From IMG/VR virus record IMGVR_UViG_2038011000_000015, positions 1 through 64,000 of that record: a stretch of DNA of 64,000 nt; one strand, 5' to 3'. The DNA is from a virus. Taxonomy: Duplodnaviria; Caudoviricetes. The number at the start of each line of letters is the position of its first letter. Position 1 is the stretch's first letter. Positions 44,801 through 55,124 of the stretch are shown here, piece after piece. A program made the translations under genes and the position numbers. The notes beneath the pieces are model-generated. The model worked only from the letters and a program-made list of their open reading frames with translations. It did not search any database and was not told where the DNA came from.

Positions 44801-47402
44801 GATGCTGGCTTCCAATGTTGCGCGGCAGTATTTGCATGGGCAACAGCTCTTGCTGCGATCGTTGCGCCCGGTATTTGCTGAACCGCCTACGGAAGTGCAG
44901 ACCGCGCGGATTCCCAAGCTCACCCAACCCTATTTAGTATACCGGCAGACGGTGGGACAACCAGGCCGCGTGCTGACGCAGGCTGAGTATACGATCGACG
45001 AAACCGGGCGCGTTGTGCTGGTCGAGCCGCTCGCTCCCAATGAAGAGATCTCGATTTGCTATACGGGACTCACCACTCCAGCGGCGGGGGAGAACCTGAG
45101 GGTGTCGTACACGTGCCAGATTGCCCCTTCGGCGATCAACGGACTCTTGGGCCAGGCGCTAATCGCGGATTACTACATTCAATCCGCGGATAGCTTCTAC
45201 TTCCGCGTTGAAACTATGACCAACTTCCGTGGGGAGTTTGCTGCGGAAATTGCTGCTTCGGCGGCGAGCGGAAGCTCCGGCCCTCGGACGTCGAATTCGT
45301 CTCAGCCGAAGCTCTGGGAGCAAGGTCGCAAATCGCTATACTTTGACGAGCGCCACTTGGCTAATCAAGATAGGGTAGCTCGCGCTGCCCTGTTCTTTTA
45401 CAACGATTTGATCAATTCCATTGAGAGCTTCCGTAGTCAGTTGGATGGGCTGGTTGTTGGCAACAACGATGGTCCGCTGCGATTCGACGGTGGGACTGGC
45501 CGCAAGTCTTTGGGCGAGCCCGTTACGAATCAAATTGATGATGCGCTCGAAGTATCGGACAGCCCACCATTCAGCGTGCTCAAGAGGTACTACGAACCGG
45601 GGCCGCTGAGCCGGTTCTACCCGACGCACAAGAACTTCTTCGGCACCACTATCGCGATTGATGATCAGACCTCGACGGGTACAGAGGTCTTGGGCACGAG
45701 CACCGGAAACGTCACGCAGGTGTCGAGTCTGCGTTGGCGGCAGGCTTGGGGGGTGGTTCAGAAGAGCAGCACCGGTAGCACTCTACAGGTTGATCTCGCG
45801 AAAGGCACGGAGCCTGAGTTTGCGGAGCAAGCGCAGCGGTATGGCCGGCGTCCCTTCAAGCAAAAGATGAAGTGCGCGATCGTCTCACGTGACGGCGCCT
45901 TGGTCGCCTCTCTGGTGTCTATCGTGAGCGTCGCCGACTATGAAGTGAACCTCTCAAATGCGGTTGTGGCTCCCATTGGCGCAACCATCTATCAGCTTCA
46001 GACCGATGACTCGAAGCTAGGTACGGCGCCCAATGAAGAGCCGAACATGGTCACGCATGTTGCTGGCCGCGACTATTCCTTCAACGGTGAGACAGGGCAG
46101 ATTACCTACGTTGAACCGGCGGGCGACCCCGCTACCAATGTGCCGTTGTCGGGTCTGACGCTATATGAAGGCGAGTTGACCTTCACTAACAAGCTGACGG
46201 AGCCGTTCAAGTTTCCAGCGCTGTTCGGCGGTATTGAAGACGATGACGGAGCTTTGAGCTTTCCGATTCAGAGCCCACACCCGGACAATGAGCAGTGGAA
46301 GTTGTCGGCGGAGACCGTGATCATCGGCTCCGGCGCAATCCGTGCTCCGCTTGTCACTGAGCCCAAGGTGTCGACTGGTTCTGTGGTAGCGCCCAACCTC
46401 TACACCATCGTGGATTCGACCATTGGTTCGATGGTCCCAGGCCCGCAACCAGGGGGGTTGGTGCGGATATTGACGGGGCCGAACAGTGGTTCGGGCTTTC
46501 GACGTGTTTCATCGGTAGGGAGCACCTACGTAATCGTTACTTCGGTGGGGGACGGAGGCGCTACTTTGCCTGCGTTTGTAGCGTCCGCGGGGTTCTCTTA
46601 CGAGCTGGTTGTGAGCCCGAACATCGCGAGCGGAACAGCGAACGGCGGGACGGTTTCAACGCTCTCACATAGCGGGGCTTCGTTTCTATCGACGGTGAAG
46701 GTTGGTTACACCGTGGTTTTGACCTTCGGGACCACCGTTTATCGGCGACAGGTAACGGCGGTCAACTCGAACACCACCTTGACCTTCTACCCGAGCGTGC
46801 CGACTGCTGTCGGGACGGCGACGCAGTATCGGATTGAGAACTCGCTTGCGACCTATGGCAATCGCAGTGGGGTGGGGGAGTTGGACCCGATACAGGCATG
46901 GGATGCCGTCTTGGCTGGCCTGCAGGCGCTATACGCAGACTATGGTGTGGCGCTGGATTCGATCTTGGCGAAAGCCGAAGATGGCGTGCGGTACTTCGGG
47001 CTTACTGATTCTCTCGTGACGAGCCTCACGGAGCTGCGCACTTCCGTGGCGGCACTGGTGTCGCCTTTGGCGGGCCTACGCGCGAAGCTTGCTCCAGCGC
47101 AGGTAGTGGCGTTCGATGGAGCCCACACGTTTGCGATGGATGTTCTTGGCTTGGATGTTGATGCGCGTGAGGCTCAGGTTGTTGATCGGAGCGAAGCGAT
47201 AGAGACCGTGGTTGAACAGCTGATCGACATCCTTGCCAACACAGAAAAGCTCTATGACAAGCGATATGTGTGGATTGACGCGCGGATCAACTTGGAAAGC
47301 GGGTTGCTCGTACGCCAAGAACTGGCGGTGAAGAACCGTTTGAAGGCACAGACGGAAATGCTCAAGCAACTAATCAAGCTGCTCGCAGTAGGGGGTGTGT
47401 GA
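41880..47402 (+). CDS. Large (1840 aa) baseplate/virion structural protein
   Basis: Beta-rich multi-domain protein with recurring D/NxxTGxV/I hairpins and a helical C-terminus. Confidence 0.75.
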   Translation: MSLISGYVVEPIRVGQSNGTFTQTPDVYVANETAFNTAYPEDETAPRTDYLVMVTSEGTTRPGLLEFARFGFTKNEIIDRFAYDAQLGAFVPLKGSAPIEVGVLAADVNDNRLRVRPPVQATSVASAPYRLAVGSTGSGIAWSVVVVATDADFSTPASLPTRTVQLSMETGNLNWRTSDVTTTYAGERVRFQQQQFFTSKESTGRLGFAPISVAEPALILNPLPGPGQYPRIRFGYGFYLTPAEVTSFTSNPAAGTVQWIRGTGELKFNLADATANIGTPVYYDGVLFANNLSLPSQSLGMVPASNGPMPTTITGLPSTSGYDLIFRVEGSSPYYRFPTVTYRQESQFDSKGKRGEVQVDPTTGKVRLANADRGKFVGKTVTLFIADLPIERGISVRFLRNPVNLDGSLALKDVTAVYSVQGATWADPIIASPQVSLPSLPIEAAAYPTTVHVVQGQGSYVNNAFPDLTVSPQEGLGYFIDYDSATMFFAQRKEDVIVSLGMTSDVVLPDPLLVSSHLVIERGSGSSYQLLVVGDDVLVDTTSGVVSLASTNAALVAGTASIVGSTLTDPQAMFITGGVRAGQLVVLTGRGSLYSVVSDPVTETAVELHPQPEPGSKLAYTIYEDREVLADRYFDEVVLVDPSTKVERVYEGVARTLTPKVDYQLQAELGLVQFSDRLLTGEQARITYTVKPPYTMPATEPGGPVTEYARFLIRKEVTLEHPLPTSTLKFNPAGLIVASEPAPAVFRGGRPQKLGVQCTVDTEASEITFLDDGQLTDALPHGAVVNPNERVYIDYYVTQAVGGEKTFTVLQPPLLTSPVTIKELTNEFVVRGDQTARFPSQHLLRIESEQIYLIGSSSYAADADETTVRLYDSGTNPDGFSQSFSDAYSDPKLYVSSGPTPIVPAPLSPAYFVAELSVYEPIARGSNTFWISGDQASSYRIGTVVLFTNALGTFTDFQQVTGVAYDVGTGRTKVMLASNVARQYLHGQQLLLRSLRPVFAEPPTEVQTARIPKLTQPYLVYRQTVGQPGRVLTQAEYTIDETGRVVLVEPLAPNEEISICYTGLTTPAAGENLRVSYTCQIAPSAINGLLGQALIADYYIQSADSFYFRVETMTNFRGEFAAEIAASAASGSSGPRTSNSSQPKLWEQGRKSLYFDERHLANQDRVARAALFFYNDLINSIESFRSQLDGLVVGNNDGPLRFDGGTGRKSLGEPVTNQIDDALEVSDSPPFSVLKRYYEPGPLSRFYPTHKNFFGTTIAIDDQTSTGTEVLGTSTGNVTQVSSLRWRQAWGVVQKSSTGSTLQVDLAKGTEPEFAEQAQRYGRRPFKQKMKCAIVSRDGALVASLVSIVSVADYEVNLSNAVVAPIGATIYQLQTDDSKLGTAPNEEPNMVTHVAGRDYSFNGETGQITYVEPAGDPATNVPLSGLTLYEGELTFTNKLTEPFKFPALFGGIEDDDGALSFPIQSPHPDNEQWKLSAETVIIGSGAIRAPLVTEPKVSTGSVVAPNLYTIVDSTIGSMVPGPQPGGLVRILTGPNSGSGFRRVSSVGSTYVIVTSVGDGGATLPAFVASAGFSYELVVSPNIASGTANGGTVSTLSHSGASFLSTVKVGYTVVLTFGTTVYRRQVTAVNSNTTLTFYPSVPTAVGTATQYRIENSLATYGNRSGVGELDPIQAWDAVLAGLQALYADYGVALDSILAKAEDGVRYFGLTDSLVTSLTELRTSVAALVSPLAGLRAKLAPAQVVAFDGAHTFAMDVLGLDVDAREAQVVDRSEAIETVVEQLIDILANTEKLYDKRYVWIDARINLESGLLVRQELAVKNRLKAQTEMLKQLIKLLAVGGV

Positions 47403-47563
47403 TGGAAGAGCAGAATAAGAAGTCGCCACCGGCATGGGAAAAGCGTGAATTTGTCATTCATGAGAAGATGAAAGAGATATGTCGGTTGGGGGTAGCCGCA
47501 ACAGAGGCGGAGATCGCTGCACTGCGGCGCAAGCTCGAAAAGCTCCAATACGGCGGTCGGTAG
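47402..47563 (+). CDS. Small coiled-coil protein (53 aa, below the track cutoff)
   Basis: TGATG coupling; MEEQNKKSPPAWEKREF..EAEIAALRRKLEKLQYGGR; fills the gap exactly. Confidence 0.7.
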   Translation: MEEQNKKSPPAWEKREFVIHEKMKEICRLGVAATEAEIAALRRKLEKLQYGGR

Positions 47564-47569
47564 CAAAGG

Positions 47570-49744
47570 ATGGCTGACTGGCAGGCACTGTCGATACAGA
47601 TCCCAGGGCAAGATCTCCTGGAGGGCGCGAGGGGTGCGCTCGAAGGGCTCATGGTCTACCTGGAGATCACCAAAGCGATTCTAGAGACCGTCAAGGTCTT
47701 CATGGTTGATTTTGGCAATCCCATCAAGCCGCTAGTCGAAGCACTGCTGCAGCTCATTGTGGACTTGTTCGAGTCGCTCAAGCGCTCTGGGCTCTATGCT
47801 TGGTTTGATGTTCCCAATCCGCTTGTGGACCCGAACTTCAACCGGTTTGTGGGTGGCTTTAGAGCGTTTGTGGAGCGTTTCAAGTCTGGATTGGTTGACC
47901 CGCGGGACGCGAATCGGCCGCAACCCGTAGCGGGTGCGCACAAGAGCGGGTTTATGCTGATCGTAGCGGACGCGGAATCGTCCATGGCGTTGATGCGCTA
48001 CATGGAAGTGTTGCAGCGATTCTTTGGCAAAGAGTTTGCCACGCCTCAGTATCTGCCCCCATCTAATTTCAAGGTACTCCCGGTGGGTGCCGATGGCGAT
48101 CCGATCCTGGCTGTCTCGAGAGTGTTTCAGTTTCAGCCAACGTCGATTGCCATTGAATGGTCCCTGCCTCCGGTGACGAGTCCCGGAGATCCTGGGTTTG
48201 CAGATCTCATTCAGGGGACATCGCAGCTGGCGTTTATGCCAGCGTTCTTGATCGAAAAGAGTGCGGAGGTGAACCCTGCCGTTGGTGAGATCACGGTTGA
48301 GCAGCTCAGTGATCCTGACGCTGCCGGCCCCGTTGTCATGACTGAAAATACCCTGACGTTGGTCCAAGGGTCGCAGAGAATGGTACCGCGTGCTGTGCGT
48401 CTTACGGAGCCTAATGGAGATCCCTTCATTAAGTTTCAGCAGTACATCGCCGTGGATCCTTCCGCTTCGACCGGATCGTTCCTGCTCGGGCAGCTGGGGA
48501 CGTTTCGCTACATCGACACGGACGTTAGGCTGAATTACACCTACTACTATCGGGTCCGTGCATTTACGGGGCGGCTGGCGATGTCTGGCACGTCCGTCAA
48601 CTTTGGGCTTCCGCAGACCAATGTAGTTGATAAGACGCTCTACATTGAATGGCCGGCCGCCGATAGTGGTAACAAGCCGGTGATGGGGAAGGCATCCCCT
48701 ATCGCTCGGGTCACGATTCCGATGTACCCAGAGCGATTCGATGTGATCGAGACGCTGCGACGGCTCTTTCAAACGGCGTTCTCGTTGAATTTCCACTTGC
48801 CGATGCCCGAGGGTGCTCGATTTGACAGTGACGGTCTTGCGATCGAGCCGACAGTAAACTCGGACATCGGAAAGGGCACGTTGACCTCACTAGCTGGACC
48901 TGCAGCATCGTTTCAGGCGGTGCCTATCCTGGCGGGGATCACGCGGCTTACCGACGTGACGGCACGATTCCAGCGGGATCCCGCCACGGGGAAGCTTCCT
49001 GAGCAACCGTGGAATGATACGCGAGTGGTTCGGAACTCAGCGCGTTTGGCCAATATTGTGGCGGGGGCGATGTTGGGGGCGAACTCTGCGGTGGCCTTCA
49101 AGGGGCTCATGGAGAACGGGTTTCCGCGGCAAGCACCCGCTATAGAAGGGCTAGACGTCACTAATCTGTATGAGCTGGTCTACGAGATTACAAAAGTACA
49201 GGACCCTGAGTCGGCTGGCGATAGGGCTGTTCAAGACGCAGGGGTCCTGTACAGCGATGTTTTTGCTGACCCGCACGTACGGCTCAATGTGCTGGCCGCG
49301 GTGAGCTTCTGCAAATCGTTTACCCTGGAAGGTGGGTCGGCCGACTGGATCCAGATAAGCCTGCTTCGCGATGTTGTGCCTTGGTCTGGTCAGCTCATCT
49401 ACGAGCTTTTGGCCAAGATGCAGGCGCTCGTTGACGCGTACGCGGGGGTGATGGCTGAACTACGGGCGTTCGTGGATTTGATCGTCGCCAAGATAGACAC
49501 TCTTGAGCGGCTTCTTCAATACCTGACGTCGATTCTCGACTTCGTGGCTGGCTTGTCACTTGGTTTCTACATCTTGAACGTGCCAGAGACCGAGGGCGGG
49601 GTGTCTGAGTGGATGTCGTTGATCGATAACGCCGGAGGAATGGCGCCGCCCAGTGGGCCAGGGGGGTACACGGGGGGAGTGGCGCTTGCGTACGTCGCGG
49701 CTGACGTGACGCCTTACGCGACCGCTCTGAGGCTGATTTTCTAA
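47570..49744 (+). CDS. Baseplate-region protein with an FN3-like core and amphipathic helical termini
   Basis: PPSNFKV..IEWSLP..YIDTDV..TYYYRVRAF FN3 pattern; SD AAGG. Confidence 0.7.
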   Translation: MADWQALSIQIPGQDLLEGARGALEGLMVYLEITKAILETVKVFMVDFGNPIKPLVEALLQLIVDLFESLKRSGLYAWFDVPNPLVDPNFNRFVGGFRAFVERFKSGLVDPRDANRPQPVAGAHKSGFMLIVADAESSMALMRYMEVLQRFFGKEFATPQYLPPSNFKVLPVGADGDPILAVSRVFQFQPTSIAIEWSLPPVTSPGDPGFADLIQGTSQLAFMPAFLIEKSAEVNPAVGEITVEQLSDPDAAGPVVMTENTLTLVQGSQRMVPRAVRLTEPNGDPFIKFQQYIAVDPSASTGSFLLGQLGTFRYIDTDVRLNYTYYYRVRAFTGRLAMSGTSVNFGLPQTNVVDKTLYIEWPAADSGNKPVMGKASPIARVTIPMYPERFDVIETLRRLFQTAFSLNFHLPMPEGARFDSDGLAIEPTVNSDIGKGTLTSLAGPAASFQAVPILAGITRLTDVTARFQRDPATGKLPEQPWNDTRVVRNSARLANIVAGAMLGANSAVAFKGLMENGFPRQAPAIEGLDVTNLYELVYEITKVQDPESAGDRAVQDAGVLYSDVFADPHVRLNVLAAVSFCKSFTLEGGSADWIQISLLRDVVPWSGQLIYELLAKMQALVDAYAGVMAELRAFVDLIVAKIDTLERLLQYLTSILDFVAGLSLGFYILNVPETEGGVSEWMSLIDNAGGMAPPSGPGGYTGGVALAYVAADVTPYATALRLIF

Positions 49745-49814
49745 GTCGAGCTAATCGTTCGATGGTCCGGCTTGTGTTGAACCTGCGGGGTTAGGTGTAA
49801 CGAGAGGTTCTCGC

Positions 49815-50549
49815 GTGGCGTTTCAGTTTCTCGGCACATTCACGGTAAGCCAGTTCAAGCGCTTTGAAGCGTACGTGCGTGCGCAAAAGCAATTGGTAGA
49901 CGCGCGTATCGCTCACTTGAAGGCAGAGCGAGATCGGATCGGAGGCCTTGCGATCGCGTACGACAAGGACGGCAACCCCACTCACGTTACCAGCGACGAG
50001 CAACACACCTATCTCGGGCGACTCTTAGGCGCCTATGAGGTGTTGGGCGGAAGTGTTGAGTTTGATTTGCAGGTGAGGTCGTCTGCACAGCCTGTCTTTC
50101 GTGTCCCTGGAGATATCACGAGGCCGGCTCAGCTCCTCAGCAACGGCGAGGTAATCGCGAATGAAGGCTTGGGTGACGCTGCATCTGCGACGACCATCCA
50201 GGCCATGCGCAAGTGGGTTGAGCAGGATTTGCTACGGCGGCGAGAGAGTCTCGAGCGGAAGATTAGGCGCGCCATCGACTATTCCGAGCAGCTGAACGCG
50301 GAGATCGCCGAGTTGCAACTAATGAAGGGGTCGGAAAATGAAGAGGGGTCGCTTGACTACTACGTCAGCATCATCAATGGCCTAAAAGTGGATCGCAACT
50401 ACATGGCGATAACCGATGATGAAGCGAGCCCTGACCCTCATGGCCGATTCGCCAAGGCTCCGATCGCCAGATTCACACCAGGGCCTAGAGGTTCGGTTTC
50501 GGATGAGTTCGCTAGAACCGTGAAAGGTCTTGTGACGCCGGGTAAGTAG
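49815..50549 (+). CDS. Hypothetical coiled-coil protein
   Basis: SD GAGAGG before GTG; 244-aa ORF. Confidence 0.75.
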   Translation: MAFQFLGTFTVSQFKRFEAYVRAQKQLVDARIAHLKAERDRIGGLAIAYDKDGNPTHVTSDEQHTYLGRLLGAYEVLGGSVEFDLQVRSSAQPVFRVPGDITRPAQLLSNGEVIANEGLGDAASATTIQAMRKWVEQDLLRRRESLERKIRRAIDYSEQLNAEIAELQLMKGSENEEGSLDYYVSIINGLKVDRNYMAITDDEASPDPHGRFAKAPIARFTPGPRGSVSDEFARTVKGLVTPGK

Positions 50550-50563
50550 AGAAGATGTGAAGC

Positions 50564-51682
50564 ATGTCCTTTGATAGGCAGATCGATCAAGTGTGCCCGC
50601 ATGAGGTTGCGGAAGAGGCGCTTTTTGTGAGCGCAGATCGGATGACCGTGCGTCCGATGCGACCCATTTCTGCGGCGGCGTCCGTTAAGGTTCTACTCAA
50701 TCACCAAATTGTTGTGCCTTCGGCAGGGGTGTACTTACCCGCGAAAGCTGTCGGTGCTCGCCGGGGGCCTTTTTCGGTGACCGGACAGAACAACGTGCTT
50801 CACATAACGGTGAACCAAGGGGAGTCCCAACGGGTTGTGCTTCCTCTTACCAACCGCATGGCGGCGGCTGAGATGGCAACACTGTTGAACCAGCGGGCGA
50901 CCGGAGTGGTGTTCACAGCGGTCAATGATCGAATTGCATTTCAATCGCAGCTGACCGGCCCTGAAGTGAGCCTTTTTTTGCACGGGGATAGTACGGCGGC
51001 AACTCTGTTTGGGCTAGTGAGTAACCATGAGTACCGCGGCATGCAGAGCGTGCCCGGATGGACTTTGATCAGCGCCACAGGGACACTGCCGGATCGACCT
51101 ATGCGCCTTGTGGTGTTCGACCGACCACTCCGAGGGAGTTCTGATTTCGTGGAGCTGTCATACTCGACTGTGTTGCAGGAGTGCAGGCGTTGCGGCGGAA
51201 CCGGCTATGAACATGATTGGCGGTACGATGTGAACGGGAATGTGGTCGAGATCCGCGATGAGGGGCTGCTCATTCAGGAGCTGCAGAAGCTCTTTTACAC
51301 GCTTCGAGGCACCAATCCCTTTCACTCTTGGTACGGCACAGGGATCTTCGATGCTATCGGAGCCAAGCTCTCTAGCGGCGGCTTCACGCAGAACTTCATT
51401 GTTGCTGACATTCAACAAGCTTTCTCGCGCTGGCAGAAGATCAAGTCACAGCAGGAGGAACGCGTGCAGCAAGAGGTGTCAGATCGCGAGTTCCCGCTGA
51501 GGCTGTTGTCAGTCAATCTCGAGCAAAGCGCAGAAGATCCAACGGTCATTTATGTTTCAGTGACGGTCCAGAATCGAAGTGCCGAGCCGATTCAGCTGAC
51601 CCGCGGGCTGAGGGTGCCGGCGTCACAGCAGATCGCGGGTGGCACGATCCGACAGTCCCTGAGCAGTACTGTTCTCACTTAG
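50564..51682 (+). CDS. Baseplate wedge/sheath initiator (gp25/gpW-like) with an N-terminal extension
   Basis: LIQELQKLFYTLRGTNPFHSWYGT..DPTVIYVSVTVQN gp25-like pattern; CPH and CRRC residues. Confidence 0.8.
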   Translation: MSFDRQIDQVCPHEVAEEALFVSADRMTVRPMRPISAAASVKVLLNHQIVVPSAGVYLPAKAVGARRGPFSVTGQNNVLHITVNQGESQRVVLPLTNRMAAAEMATLLNQRATGVVFTAVNDRIAFQSQLTGPEVSLFLHGDSTAATLFGLVSNHEYRGMQSVPGWTLISATGTLPDRPMRLVVFDRPLRGSSDFVELSYSTVLQECRRCGGTGYEHDWRYDVNGNVVEIRDEGLLIQELQKLFYTLRGTNPFHSWYGTGIFDAIGAKLSSGGFTQNFIVADIQQAFSRWQKIKSQQEERVQQEVSDREFPLRLLSVNLEQSAEDPTVIYVSVTVQNRSAEPIQLTRGLRVPASQQIAGGTIRQSLSSTVLT

Positions 51683-51698
51683 GCCGTGAAGAGACGAG

Positions 51699-54600
51699 AT
51701 GGCTACAACACCACAGATAGCGCTTAGAGATGGATCGGGGTTCACGACAAACCTTGCCTTTACCACGAATCAGGAATCCATCTACCTTACTGGCACGGTG
51801 AGCGTTGATACTGTAGCGACTCAAGTCTCCATCAATGGTGCGGCATTTAGCGCCGACCCGAATCTGGTAGAGCACGTTGGGCAAACGCTAGCGATCCCTA
51901 GGCTCAGCGTGTATCCGATGGGGTTGCCGCTGGAGTTTGGCGTCAACACCATCTTGGTGCGCGCGGTTGACATCGTGGGCGCTGTGTCAGCGGCCGCCAC
52001 CATTGTCATCACTAGGGTCTTGGACGCCAACGTCGCTGGGACCCAGATCCCTACCGGGATACGCGTTCAGCGCTACCGCGGCAATGTCAAGATTCAAGCG
52101 GCGAAGCCCAGTGGGGCATTGATCAGCACCTTCCTCGGTTTCAACTTCTATGCGTCCACAGAGCCGGCCGGGGCTTCCGGCTACTATCGCGTCAACGAAA
52201 AGCCCGTTTCTTCGGATACCAGCTTTGAGCAGGATGACTTGATAGCGTACGAAGACCTGGCCCTGTGGGATGTGAGCGGCGTTGGCAGGATGATACGCGT
52301 GCGCATTTCTGAGCTTGATGAGTTCGGAAACGAGACGGCGGTGCGACTGGATTCATTCCACGATAACACCGTGCTCAGCGGAAAACTGCGTTTTACCAGC
52401 ACCCTTCAGAGTTATGAGATGAACGAGTTCATTGCGTTCACCCATGACCGACAAGGGGGTGCGGGGTCCGTTAACTCCGATCAGTTCTTGGGGGTTCCCA
52501 GCACGGACCCTCTCTACTACGTCGTAACTGGCGTCTACTACGATCCAGCGACCAACACCGAGAGCGAAACGCCATATTCACAGGAAGTGCTGGGTGCGCC
52601 CCTCACGATAGACACTACGGTTCGTGATTTGCCGAGCCGTACACAGACGCAGATTGTCATCGATTACATGAACGCTGTGCTGCGGGTCAACAACGCGATC
52701 TCGTTGATTCCGGGGTCGGTCACGCGTGACGTGGACATCGATCCCTTTGCGTCCGAGGCGGAAAGAATTTGGTTTCTGCTGGACTTCGTTCACCGAAGTC
52801 AGAGCTTTCTCACCTTGTTGGCGATCGACAATGTAAGCGGCAACGGTGTGTCTGACCCGGTGGCTAGCAGCGCGTACAAGCAGGCACTGAAGGCCGCGCT
52901 TGGGTTGTTGAGCGACAGCGCTGTACAGGCGTTGATTGACCAGCAGTTTGACAAGCTCGCCGCCAATGTGAACAAGACCCGCCTCGGTGGGCGGCAGGCA
53001 GTTGGAACGTTGACTCTATATACGGCGGTCCGTCCCACAAGAGACATACCGGTCCCTGCGGGGTCTTACGCGATCTCGTCCGCGGATGCCAGCACGGGCG
53101 TGACATCTCAGCGCTACCGCATTGGGGGGTCATTTGTGATGCTCGCCTCGAATGCGGACTCTTACTATAACTTCGAAACGCGGCGCTATGAGTTGAGTGT
53201 AGACATTGTGGCGGAAACGGCTGGTTCTGCCGGGAATGTTCCTGCCAACACGATCAGGAGCCTCGTGGGGGTTAGCGGTCTGCAGGCTACCAACGAGTCT
53301 GCGATCGTCTTTGGCAGTGATCGGGAGAGTAATGCAGAGCTTGCGGCACGTGCGATGCTCGGTTTTGCATCGGTGGATACCGGTACCGAGAGTGGTTACG
53401 CGGCGACCGTTGCTTCTAAGGTCGGCGTCATTCGGAACAAGATCGTCAAGAGCGGCGATACGTTGATGATGCGTGACTATGATGACGTTCGCCACAAGCA
53501 CATCGGCGGTAAAGTCGATGTCTGGGTGCAAGGTGTTCAGGAGCGGCAGGTTCAGGATCGCTTTGCGTTCACGTATGAGGTCGCATTCAACGTGCAATGT
53601 CAGGTGCTGGACGCGCAGGCGCTGATCTTCCGTGTGCTCGACTCTCGTGTCACACTCTCGACTCCCATTGTGGAGGTGCTGAATGGTAGTGTTCGCAATG
53701 TGACCGTAGGGCTCGACTACAACCTTACGAACATGAAGCTTTTGGACTACCAAACGTTTCAGCTTAGCACCGATGTGCCGCAGCCGACTACTACGGCGGA
53801 TGATCGTGTCATTGCCGACTATCGTTTTCAGGCGCAAAACAAGCTATACATGACCCTCCAGCCGGTGCGGCGCGTCGTTTCCGTCGTGGGCGAGGTGAGC
53901 GGCGCGCTGACGCCTGACGTTCACTACAAGCTATACAAGACGGATGATCCGTTGCTTGAGGGGGAGAGCACGCTTGCGAAAAACTACGTGGCGATCACGC
54001 CCTCAGGGGGCAAGCCCAGCGGTGAGACCATTACGGTGAACCATGAGCTGCGTGTGTTGATTGGCTTTGAGCAAGAACCCCTCAACTCGATCGGCATCAA
54101 CACGGCAACCATTCGTGTGTTCAATGAGCAGCGGACTATCGAATACAGCGCACCGGGTGCCTCTGCTCCCGATTATGACGTGATAGCGGGGACCCCTACC
54201 ACGCCGGCAAAAATTGTTCGTACAGCGGCCTCACGTATTGCGAGCGGGCAGGAAGTGTCGATTGACTATGCTCACGATGAGAACTTTGTTGTGACCTATG
54301 TGGTCAACGACTTGCTTCAGCAGTTGCAGGCGACCCTGAACAATCGGCGGCACGTTACTGCGGATGTGCTGGTGAAACAGGCGGTCAGCAATGGGATCGA
54401 CATTGAAACCACGGTGCAGCTCGCGAGGGGTGCTACGAAGGAGAAGACCGATCCCGCGCTACGGAACAATGTGTCGTTGGATCTGAACCGGAAGTTCATC
54501 GGACAAGGTGTTGCGCAATCGAATGTGGACGCGGCGATCAACGACACGGATGGGGTGCAATTCAACGTGTTGCCTATGGCCAAGATGGCATACGCGTCGG

Positions 54601-55124
54601 GCTCGGTGAAGCTTCGGGAGAGGGTGTTGTCTACGTACGAACGCCAAGGCGCGAGGTCCTTGGACCAAGGGGGCAACATCGCGTTCATTTTGACCAACCC
54701 CCTAGGGTTTCCGACGACAGACGGTGGCGGGCTCGACACCGAACATAGGGGGGTGTTCCAGGATGACATCGCGATGCGGATATCTCCGACTCTCGTGGGG
54801 GTGTGCTCGGAGGCAAATCAAGCTTTCATCATCGGCTCTGGAGGCGCAATCATTCAGGGGTACTCGGACGACGCGACTCTGACCGCGGAAGGCTACTTGC
54901 CCCTTCAGTTCGCTGCAGAACGTCTTCGACGCACTGCCAACCATATTGTGTTGTCGCTTTTGGGTTCAGGGTCTCCGACGGACAATCCGGGCAATCACAG
55001 CTACGCCGTGTCGTATGTCATCCGCGGGGATTCGGGGTCACACGACATCAACGTTTCGGATGTGGAGCTTATCGAGCTTTCGACGCTCACTGTCACCTAT
55101 CGTGACTACGCGAAGGGGGCCTGA
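51699..55124 (+). CDS. Baseplate J/gp6-like wedge protein
   Basis: PGSVTRD, FDKLAANV..R..AVG, AETAGSAGNV..I, G-x-DRESN..L..R, GKVDVWV motifs. Confidence 0.88.
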   Translation: MATTPQIALRDGSGFTTNLAFTTNQESIYLTGTVSVDTVATQVSINGAAFSADPNLVEHVGQTLAIPRLSVYPMGLPLEFGVNTILVRAVDIVGAVSAAATIVITRVLDANVAGTQIPTGIRVQRYRGNVKIQAAKPSGALISTFLGFNFYASTEPAGASGYYRVNEKPVSSDTSFEQDDLIAYEDLALWDVSGVGRMIRVRISELDEFGNETAVRLDSFHDNTVLSGKLRFTSTLQSYEMNEFIAFTHDRQGGAGSVNSDQFLGVPSTDPLYYVVTGVYYDPATNTESETPYSQEVLGAPLTIDTTVRDLPSRTQTQIVIDYMNAVLRVNNAISLIPGSVTRDVDIDPFASEAERIWFLLDFVHRSQSFLTLLAIDNVSGNGVSDPVASSAYKQALKAALGLLSDSAVQALIDQQFDKLAANVNKTRLGGRQAVGTLTLYTAVRPTRDIPVPAGSYAISSADASTGVTSQRYRIGGSFVMLASNADSYYNFETRRYELSVDIVAETAGSAGNVPANTIRSLVGVSGLQATNESAIVFGSDRESNAELAARAMLGFASVDTGTESGYAATVASKVGVIRNKIVKSGDTLMMRDYDDVRHKHIGGKVDVWVQGVQERQVQDRFAFTYEVAFNVQCQVLDAQALIFRVLDSRVTLSTPIVEVLNGSVRNVTVGLDYNLTNMKLLDYQTFQLSTDVPQPTTTADDRVIADYRFQAQNKLYMTLQPVRRVVSVVGEVSGALTPDVHYKLYKTDDPLLEGESTLAKNYVAITPSGGKPSGETITVNHELRVLIGFEQEPLNSIGINTATIRVFNEQRTIEYSAPGASAPDYDVIAGTPTTPAKIVRTAASRIASGQEVSIDYAHDENFVVTYVVNDLLQQLQATLNNRRHVTADVLVKQAVSNGIDIETTVQLARGATKEKTDPALRNNVSLDLNRKFIGQGVAQSNVDAAINDTDGVQFNVLPMAKMAYASGSVKLRERVLSTYERQGARSLDQGGNIAFILTNPLGFPTTDGGGLDTEHRGVFQDDIAMRISPTLVGVCSEANQAFIIGSGGAIIQGYSDDATLTAEGYLPLQFAAERLRRTANHIVLSLLGSGSPTDNPGNHSYAVSYVIRGDSGSHDINVSDVELIELSTLTVTYRDYAKGA

